NCBI GenBank assembly: GCA_038884755.1
Contig: JAWABJ010000001.1
Location: 288,001-352,000 of the forward strand
Origin: Candidatus Norongarragalinales archaeon
Lineage (GTDB): Archaea; Micrarchaeota; Micrarchaeia; Norongarragalinales; Norongarragalinaceae
Direction: 5' to 3'
DNA length: 64,000 nt
The translations under genes and the position numbers were made by a program. Positions 9,296 to 16,700 of this stretch are shown piece by piece (position 1 is the stretch's first letter; each line of letters begins with the position of its first letter). The notes under the pieces were generated by a model. That model was not told where the DNA came from. It searched no databases and was given only the letters and a program-made list of their open reading frames with translations.

Positions 9296-10327
9296 TCAAC
9301 TCTTCATTACGGTTGCGTACTCTATGACCACTAGGTTGGGGGTGTATTCTTGTGCTTTGCTTCCTCTGGGTGACGTGTATCCTGTTGGGTTGTCTGCGAA
9401 TGCTACTCTGGGGTAGTTGTTTGTTACTGCTCCGTATAGTGGGTTTCCGTATTGGTTTGGTTTTTGGTTTTGCCAGCGGACTTCGTATCCGAAGGGTTTG
9501 TCTGATATCGTGTTGCTCCAAATGGGGTTGTAGTTGGAGTCCCATTTGGGTGCTGTGAATTGTCGGTTTTTTTGGTCGTAGGTTATCGTCCAGTATGGGT
9601 CGCAGTTTAGGGTGTTGCATACTCTTGGGTTTTTGGATCCGGAGTATGGTGTTTTTTCTGGAATGGCTATTATGAGTATTCCGTCGTTTTTGAGTGGTCC
9701 GGCTGTGGGTTCGTTTGAGTCCATTATAATGATTGTTGCTTGTTCCTGGGAGTTGTAGTTGTAGTATAGTGGGTTGACTGCTACTTTTCCTCCTAGTTCT
9801 TGGGATGCGTTGCCGTAGCCTACGGGTTTGTATCTGTCGATTTGTGGGCTTATTTTTTGGAAGATTGTGCCTGCTGTGAATGTTTCTTTTGAGTCTGCGG
9901 TTGTGGCTTGTGGAGTGGTTAGAATCAGTACTTCGTTTGTTGCTGTGAATGCGCCGGGTATTTGCGAGGATATTCGAATGAAATCTCCCCTAAGAAGAGT
10001 TCCATCCCTTTCGAGTATTATTCCCGTTTGAGGGAGAGACATTAAAGTCAGCGTGTCTTCCTTGTTAGTAAACTTTGAACCTCCCGAGTTTGAATCGGAA
10101 AACTTTAGAGTGCATTTGTCTGCTACCGTCAAGGAATACCCGCTTCCCGGTTCAAATGTTGTCGCCAAAGTGAAATTTTTGTAATAGTTGTAGTTGTCGA
10201 TGATTTCGTACTTCCAAGGGCCGCTTTCAACAACGCAGTTGTTTTTGATTGACTCGAAGTCGATGGTTTGACTCCAGCCTATTTGATTCTTGCCTTCAAA
10301 CAATTCAATGCTGTAAACTCCGCGCAT
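9296..10327 (-). CDS. Surface/S-layer-like protein, probably a 5'-truncated fragment
   Basis: N/T/Y/G-rich beta-type composition, no signal peptide; frame remains open upstream of the ATG up to the junction with the transposase remnant; C-terminal GYTSPRGS...V-I-E-Y-A. Confidence 0.55.
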   Translation of the reverse strand: MRGVYSIELFEGKNQIGWSQTIDFESIKNNCVVESGPWKYEIIDNYNYYKNFTLATTFEPGSGYSLTVADKCTLKFSDSNSGGSKFTNKEDTLTLMSLPQTGIILERDGTLLRGDFIRISSQIPGAFTATNEVLILTTPQATTADSKETFTAGTIFQKISPQIDRYKPVGYGNASQELGGKVAVNPLYYNYNSQEQATIIIMDSNEPTAGPLKNDGILIIAIPEKTPYSGSKNPRVCNTLNCDPYWTITYDQKNRQFTAPKWDSNYNPIWSNTISDKPFGYEVRWQNQKPNQYGNPLYGAVTNNYPRVAFADNPTGYTSPRGSKAQEYTPNLVVIEYATVMKS

Positions 10328-10349
10328 GCTGTTATAAATTCTTTCTTTA

Positions 10350-10619
10350 AAAGCACGAGGCTCTTTGCTATGGAAGAAAATGTTTCACTTTTTCCAGCTA
10401 AACCAAGAAGAGTTTTACCGCCATTACCACTTACGAAGCAACGTGGAAAGCACGTTTAACATGATTAAAGCCAAGTTCGGCGATGTTTTGAAAAGCAAGA
10501 CGAAAACGGCGCAGGAGAACGAGTTGTTGCTGAAAATCTTGTGCCACAACCTCGTGGTAGTAATTCACGAAACAAACGAGTTAGGCATTACCGCCGATTT
10601 TCTGTGTAAAAAGGTTTGA
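10350..10619 (+). pseudogene. DDE transposase C-terminal remnant (IS5/IS4-like archaeal IS)
   Basis: KARGSLLWKKMFHFF...YHLRSNVESTFNMIKAKFG...LKSK...QENELLLKILCHNL (Y-x2-R-x3-E-x6-K YREK-like motif); N-terminal catalytic part missing. Confidence 0.85.
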
Positions 10620-10664
10620 GGGTGTGTGAAATGTAGGCATTTACACAAGGCTTTTACACAAAGC
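10350..10664 (+). mobile_element. Truncated IS remnant with probable right terminal repeat
   Basis: After the transposase stop: TTTACACAA twice (10640, 10653) ending GGCTTTTACACAAAGC, with inverted TGTGTAAA at 10603; no left end found. Confidence 0.55.
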
Positions 10665-10709
10665 TCTTAGAGGTGGAACGGCTGTTGCCAGCTTTTTTCC
10701 GCGAGAGGT

Positions 10710-11168
10710 CTATGGCTTGTAAAGATTTTTTTCGTAAAGCAAAACCGTCTTTCCTCCGAGTTGTTTTTCCAAAACGCCTTTCTTCGCGAAGCCGAATTCC
10801 CCGTAAAGCTTTATTGCGACAGCGTTGTCTTCGGCTACGAGCAAAAACGCCTTGGGACAGTTTTTGGCTTTAGCGAATTCGATGCAGTGCTGCAGCAGTC
10901 TTCGCCCTATGCCCTTGCCTTGAAGCTCTTTGAGCACGGCAAGGCCTAGGATTTTGGCGTTGCCGTCGTCCTGGATTTCTATATCCGCAAAACCCACCGT
11001 ATGCCCTCCGCTCAAGGCGATGAAATAGAAAACTTTGTTGCTAGCAATCCGTTCCCTGATGGTTTGGAAAGTAAAGCCTGTATAAGGAAAGAAGTGGCGC
11101 GTGATTTGCGTTATCGCGTAAAGGTGCTTTTCTTCAGCTGGAACTATGTTAATTTCAACTTGCTCCAT
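10710..11168 (-). CDS. GNAT family N-acetyltransferase (RimI-like)
   Basis: LAVLKELQGKGIGRRLL (motif A), V-x-x-x-N-x-x-A-x-x-L-Y-x-x-F-G-F. Confidence 0.92.
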   Translation of the reverse strand: MEQVEINIVPAEEKHLYAITQITRHFFPYTGFTFQTIRERIASNKVFYFIALSGGHTVGFADIEIQDDGNAKILGLAVLKELQGKGIGRRLLQHCIEFAKAKNCPKAFLLVAEDNAVAIKLYGEFGFAKKGVLEKQLGGKTVLLYEKNLYKP

Positions 11169-11173
11169 GTTAT

Positions 11174-11749
11174 TTATCCTGCTGTTGAGGGAACAAAATC
11201 TTTTGCCTTTGTCCAATCGCCTTCAAAAACCTTTTCGAACTCTTGAGCCAGAGAAACGCTTTCGACCACCACGCTGCTTTCGCGGTTGGAGCGCATTGCT
11301 TGCCTGCTCCAGTTGGTGCTTCCAACCAAAACCTTTCTTCCATCAACAACCGCAGTTTTCGAATGTGTGTTAGTGTATTCTTTGGAGGCGAATCGAACTT
11401 GCACGCCTTTGTTTGCGAGAAACTCGGCGGTCGCGTAGTTCGATTCAACCCGCGGTTCGAGCAATACCCTAACTTTAACTCCCTTGCCTGCAGCTTGCGC
11501 GAGCGTTTCCATCATTCCGGGGTTGGAAAACTGGTAGAGCATGGCGTCGAGAGTGCGTTCGGCCGAAAGGGCGAATGATTCGAAATCGCCTTGCGAGCCG
11601 GGCGAGAATATGGCTTGCACGCTTGCAGCGCAGTATTGCGTTTGCATGATGGGGCGGTGGAGCGCCTGTACTGCGTAGAGGGATGCGATGGCGCAGAAAA
11701 AGCCTAGGGTGAAAACGAGTGCGAGCTCGAGCCTGCCGTGCGATTCCAT
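11174..11749 (-). CDS. Phospholipase D/Nuc-family nuclease with N-terminal TM
   Basis: Single HKD motif HSKTAVVD...GSTNWS...NRE; hydrophobic N-terminus. Confidence 0.88.
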   Translation of the reverse strand: MESHGRLELALVFTLGFFCAIASLYAVQALHRPIMQTQYCAASVQAIFSPGSQGDFESFALSAERTLDAMLYQFSNPGMMETLAQAAGKGVKVRVLLEPRVESNYATAEFLANKGVQVRFASKEYTNTHSKTAVVDGRKVLVGSTNWSRQAMRSNRESSVVVESVSLAQEFEKVFEGDWTKAKDFVPSTAG

Positions 11750-11786
11750 GCTTCTGTTCTTTATTTGATGACGCCTGCCTTGTTTT

Positions 11787-12662
11787 TTAATAGTATGCTT
11801 CGACGACTGCACCTATCGCGAGAAGCGCGAGCGAAAGGATTGTGAGAAATGCCACGTCTTCAATCAGGTATTTGAAAAACGGCTTTTTGTTTGAAGAACG
11901 GAGTATAGCTATGGACAACACGCCTCCAGCTAGCGCCGCCACCAAGTAAGAAGTTATTTCGAAAATGCCGTGGGGAATCAGGCTCAGGAACCCCACTAGA
12001 ACTCCTAGCATTCCTTGTTGCACGAGCTTTTCGCCAAGAATCACCCCTATTATAGACGCATTCCACAAGAGCAAATACAACGCCCCTATGCCGTACAACA
12101 GAGAGAACAGGAACATCAGCGCCAAAACCTGGACGTTGTGCGTAAGCAAAAACTCGAATTTTTCGGCGCTGAAAACCTGGGCGGTTATTACCGCCCTTAA
12201 CGTGCGGATTTCTTGGAGTTGCGAGTAGAACAGGTCGTAAGACTGCTGCTGGGGCAGTATACTGAACCAGAAAGTGTACGCCAAAATCGCGCCGAGAAAC
12301 ACGAACCCGAAGAGTTCTATCATGGTCTTGTGCACGTTTATTATTCGCTTGAACCGCTGAAGCAGCGCGAATCTCGAAAGGTGCGAGAGCTGCTCGTCCT
12401 TCAATTCCTTCAGGACTTTCTTCCACTCGTCGATTTCCTCTTTCATGGTGTCGAAATGCTCTTCTTCCGCCTCGTCTCGCAAAAGGATGAAGAAAAACAG
12501 CGGAATCAATGGAATGAGGGCGAAAATGATGACCGAGCCTTGCAGCGAGGGGATGAGCATTTGCGTCAAAACGCCAAACGAAACGAAGAGGAACGAAACG
12601 ACGGCAAGCTCCCAAGGCTTGCGTTTTGCTTCTGAAGGCGAAACTATGTACTCCAAGACCAT
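11787..12662 (-). CDS. SpoIIM-family (DUF95) membrane protein
   Basis: Start MVLEYIV; HNVQV...WNASIIG...IPHGIFEITSY...AGG...AVVE. Confidence 0.85.
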   Translation of the reverse strand: MVLEYIVSPSEAKRKPWELAVVSFLFVSFGVLTQMLIPSLQGSVIIFALIPLIPLFFFILLRDEAEEEHFDTMKEEIDEWKKVLKELKDEQLSHLSRFALLQRFKRIINVHKTMIELFGFVFLGAILAYTFWFSILPQQQSYDLFYSQLQEIRTLRAVITAQVFSAEKFEFLLTHNVQVLALMFLFSLLYGIGALYLLLWNASIIGVILGEKLVQQGMLGVLVGFLSLIPHGIFEITSYLVAALAGGVLSIAILRSSNKKPFFKYLIEDVAFLTILSLALLAIGAVVEAYY

Positions 12663-12730
12663 TTTTTTATCGAAAACGCTTACGGAAAAAGAAATTAAAA
12701 CGCTTTTGTTGCACATACTACCCTGCAGTT

Positions 12731-12898
12731 GCGGCGATGGTCTAGTGGCATGATGCGACCTTCCCAATGAATTTTTCTTCAAGAAAGAAAAGTTCAGTAA
12801 AGAAAAAGGTCGCGGCCCGGGTCCGATAGGTGGGAGAAACACAGTTTCTCTTTCTGCCCTCTTCCTTGCGGTGGAGTACGGAAATCCCGGTCGCCGCA
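12731..12898 (+). tRNA. tRNA-Gly(CCC) with two introns (about 12767-12806 at 37/38; about 12828-12884 in the T-loop)
   Basis: Acceptor stem GCGGCGA/TCGCCGC plus discriminator A; D-arm GTCTAGTGGCATGAT; anticodon arm CGACC-TTCCCA/A-GGTCG; T-stem CCGGG/CCCGG; removing both introns gives 71 nt. Confidence 0.88.
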
Positions 12899-12951
12899 CT
12901 CCGTTTTTCAGAAACGATTTAAATCTTTTTTTTTTCCATATTTCGTTCGTA

Positions 12952-13158
12952 TGCCGGCAAAACCCACGCCGCGCGCAATCGGAGTTTCGCTCTTGCGCGT
13001 CGCAGTCCACGAAGATGTTTTACACTTTTTTTTTCACGAAGAGCATTCGAAGCCCAAGCCGATTCGCTGGGCTTTGCAATTCGCGCTTTGAGGACGTACC
13101 CCGCGTGGAGGGTGAAGCTCCCTCCTCAAACCCAGCACCAGCCTAAGCTACAATAGCA
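12952..13158 (-). ncRNA. Candidate structured RNA element(s): two long G.U-rich stem-loops
   Basis: AGCUUAGGCUGG/UCGGCUUGGGCU 12-bp helix with 5 G.U pairs that form only on the minus strand; second hairpin CGCGCAA-GAGCGAAACUC-..UUGCGCG. Confidence 0.4.
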
Positions 13159-13164
13159 CGGGTT

Positions 13165-13716
13165 TTAGCACTTGAACGTCGAAGCCATGTAGTTTACCAT
13201 TTTCAAGTCTTGCTTGAGCGAAACGGGTATTAGCGAAGTGAGTATTGCGTTGTAGGAAGGGCATTCGAAGTAATGCAGCCTTACCGTGATTTTTTCTCCC
13301 GCGATTTCTTTTTCGAAGGAAATTACCGTCGCCTTGCCGAACGCTTTTCCTTGCGAAAGGGTTTTCCTTTCCTGCGAATCGAGCGAATCTATAGTATCCG
13401 CGGTCAGGGACTGCACGTTTTCGCTTGCAACAGTTATTTCAACCACTTCCGCAATTCCGCGTCCGGATGCGCTGAAACTCACGCGGATTGGGCTGGAAGG
13501 ATCGGGCGATTCGACGGCCCTGAACGACTGCGGATAGCTTATCTCGAATCCAAGCTCGTTCCTGTAAGCAAGGAAATCGTCTTGGCTTACGCCCGAGTAG
13601 TCTTCAAACGCATTTGCCCCGAAGAAGGGCTGAACGTAACCCAGTCCCACGAGAATGCCTACCGCTAGGATTACCGCCGTGACAATCGATATTACCGTTT
13701 TGTTCATGTGTTTCAT
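13165..13716 (-). CDS. Membrane-anchored PsbP-like protein
   Basis: N-terminal TM; Y-R-N-x-x-G-F-E-I-S-Y-P motif; start overlaps the stop of the 3040-aa gene (TGATG). Confidence 0.65.
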   Translation of the reverse strand: MKHMNKTVISIVTAVILAVGILVGLGYVQPFFGANAFEDYSGVSQDDFLAYRNELGFEISYPQSFRAVESPDPSSPIRVSFSASGRGIAEVVEITVASENVQSLTADTIDSLDSQERKTLSQGKAFGKATVISFEKEIAGEKITVRLHYFECPSYNAILTSLIPVSLKQDLKMVNYMASTFKC

Positions 13717-16700
13717 CACGCGTTTCGTTCTCTCATCTGGTTCGCGGTGTTTTCCAACGCGATTTTGGCTTTGGAAGCGGCTTCCTCTTCCTTTCCTTCC
13801 ACCACTTGCACGCTCAAAATTTCTTCGCCCGACGGGGTTTTTTCTACTATCACGAGTCCTTGAGACTGCATTTCGTCGAGCGTTTGCCTGGCGTTTTTGA
13901 CCGCGTCGAAGCTTGCGTCTCCGTTCGCTATTGCCGCGAGCGTTTCGACGCTACCCTGCGCTTGCTCCCTCGCGTCTCCCGCGGCGGTTTCTTCGGAATC
14001 CCCTTCTTGGGAGTAATCGCAAGGCGCGCCTATTTCTTTTTCAGTCAATTCTGCTTCAACGTTTCCTTGGAACGTGGGTTCGACGTCGGGCGCGAACAGG
14101 GAATCAAACAATTCAATGTAGTCATAAGAACCTCCGCTGGCGTCGATGAAGAACATGGCGTACGCAGGAATCTTCTCTCCCTTTTGCACTACGCCACTGT
14201 AGGGAATGTCGAGTTTCTTTACGTACAGGCATGCTTCCTTCCCTTCGCAAGCCTGTTGGGTGAAGCAAAGCCTTTTTTCCTTGTCGCACTTTTTGGTGGC
14301 AGGGTCGTAGTAGCAATACGCTACCGTGGAAGGATTGCCGTTTTCGGCGAAATGCATTGAAACCAAATAGTTCGTGACTCGTTCGGCCAAAGGCGCTTCG
14401 ACAGGCTCGCTTTGCACGTTGGTAATCAAGCTGAGCAACGCGGTGGGCGCGTATTGCGCTAGCAGCCTTCCGATTCTCGCTATTCCCCTTGGCTTCTGCA
14501 CTTGGGGGGTTGAAACCGGTTGCGTAGGCGCCCCGCCTGTTTCTACTTGCTGCGGCGTTCCTCCTGTTGCAGGCGCAGCTCCGCCTGCTCCTGCCCCGCC
14601 GCCCGTAGGCCCGCCGATATTTTGCCCTCCGTGAACCGTTCCGAAGTTTTGGTTTCCGTAATTGATATTGAAGAAGTTGTTGTTTATCCGCTCGTAAGCG
14701 TTTTTGGTTGTGGAAAAAACTCCGCCGGGATTTGTCGCCGCCCTGTAGTAGGAGTAATAGGACGCCCTGGCGCTTGTAGCTGCTTGTCCTGCAGCCGACG
14801 ACGCGCCTGCAGCGGGAATTTCTTGGGGCAGGAACGGGACAGGAAGATAGCGTTGGTATGGCACGGGCAGCATGTTAGGGCGCCTTACTATGGCTCGGTA
14901 CGGCACTAGCGCAGTTCCTTCTTGCGTTATTCTTGCTGTTGCCTTTCGTTCGACGTCGGACAAAATCCTGTTTTTCACGTCCGGAGTGATTTCTCCGAAG
15001 TTGAACTGGTGGCTTTGCCTTCCCGAACGGAAGAATTCGTTGTACAAATAACGCATTTCTTCGGATTCGGAGCCTGTGAGCGTGCTTTTAGCGACGAGTT
15101 CGTCGAGCCTTTGCGCCGCGAAGTAATCGCTGGCGTAGCCTTCAATCACCGCGCCTGTGACTGGCGAGAGTGCAACTGCAGTGAACGCGCCTGTTTGCCT
15201 TCCGAAGCTTCCGCCCGTGACAGCCGCAATGTTGCTTCCTCCGTAAACCGCAGTCGGGTCTTCAACCGAACCGGTTATTGCCGAGCTTACGTAAGTGAAC
15301 GTGGCGCTTCCCAAAGCGCGCAAGGCGATTTGCCTGAATGCGGCTGAAGCCGGCCCGCCGAAGCCGGCGTCTATGAACGCCTGGGGGTACATCACGAAAC
15401 GCAAGTGAGTGCAGAAGTCTGTTCCGGTGCAGGCGTTTGAAGCTGAAACTCCTTTCACGATTCCGCACGAAGAGAGGGTTTCAACGTTGTACAAAATGAG
15501 GTTGGCGCACAACCTTGCTATAAACCCTTGCTGGGGGCCGGGAATGAACGCGCTCGCGCAAGCTGCTGCAGTCCCTCCGTGCCAGCCTATTGCCAACGCA
15601 TTTTTCATTCCCTGCACGTTGGCTTCGCACAACGCGCCGTCGTCGAAAAACGGTTTGGAACTGTCGACGAAACCGTTGGTGTTGAGGTTGTCAAACACTT
15701 GCGGGGAGAGCGAGTACATCGAACTCACGATTTGCCCGGCCATCTTGTAGTCGTTCGCGTCGGCTTTCTCCGAGTACTTGCCTATTTCAATGAAGTCAGG
15801 CAAGCCGTTGAAGCGCATGTTCACCGGGCTTTCGATTATTTCATTGCCGGTATACACGAACAAGTCGTCAGCGGGCATGAGCAAAGGCGCGTTGGCGAGG
15901 GTTTCCTCGCAGCTCATGAGTTTTTGCGAGCGGAATTCGATTTGCAGCGGCTTTTTGCCGCCCTCGATTTTCTTTGGGTCGAACTCGCAGAACCCTCCGC
16001 TTGCGGCGGGGTTCAAGTGCGCTTCGACCAAGTACGCGCCGCATCCCGTGAAGTCGATTTTAGCCTGTTCCGAAACCTTGAACTCCTTGAATTTCGACTG
16101 CCTTCCGATTTGCTCGGCCATTTGCTTCATGGCGTCGTCCAAATCGGCGGCAGCGCGCGTGTTGGACAAGTGCAGGACGAAGCTCATTTTCCACGGGAGG
16201 TTGGTGCAAACCGTCTTCACGCTTGAAGTGTCGTTGGTTTCGGCGTCGAATTTCATGGACGCCACGCTCATGAAGTTGCAAATCGCGTTTATCGCCGAAT
16301 CGTAAGTGCAGAAGTTGTTTTGGCAGTACGCGTAGTTGAAGCCCGGGTCGCACTGCACTTGCTTTTTCTTCAGCTGCGCGCCTGCGACGGGCGAGGGAGT
16401 GGGCGTGGGTTTTTCTCCCGTCGCTCCAACCCAAAGCGTTCCTATTGGCGTGGACGGGTAGAGCGACTCGCTTCCTGCGGGGGGAGTAAACACTTGCACT
16501 TTCAAGGTTTTAACTCTCTCTTCGCCGGTTCTCGCGCCTTTCGCTATGATTTTATAGTCGCTTGCGCTGGCGTGCTTGGCTTCGCATTCGAGGAAGATGC
16601 TTTCGCCTTTCGCAAGGATTTTTCCTCCGGCCACGCTTGCGCCGCGCGCGTTGTCGTAGTAGAAGCAGGATATCTGCTGCCCGTCGTTGGGGAATGAAAG

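Noticed and set aside
9296..10327. Diversity-generating retroelement template/variable repeat, suggested by AAC-rich codons in a surface-type gene
   Set aside because: No reverse transcriptase in the window and no near-identical TR/VR pair differing at adenines was found by eye.
12663..13010. N-terminal extension of the SpoIIM ORF given in the ORF track
   Set aside because: It overlaps the tRNA-Gly gene on the opposite strand; the real start is more likely MVLEY at 12662.
13066..13140. 75-nt plus-strand segment GCTGGG...CCCAGC-ACCA resembling a tRNA with encoded CCA
   Set aside because: No D-arm, anticodon arm or T-loop consensus; G.U pairing favours a minus-strand stem-loop instead.
13090..13150. 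RNase P RNA call based on CR-I-like GAGGGAGCTTCACCCTCC
   Set aside because: No complementary CR-V/P4 partner downstream and the element is too short; kept only as an unassigned structured RNA.
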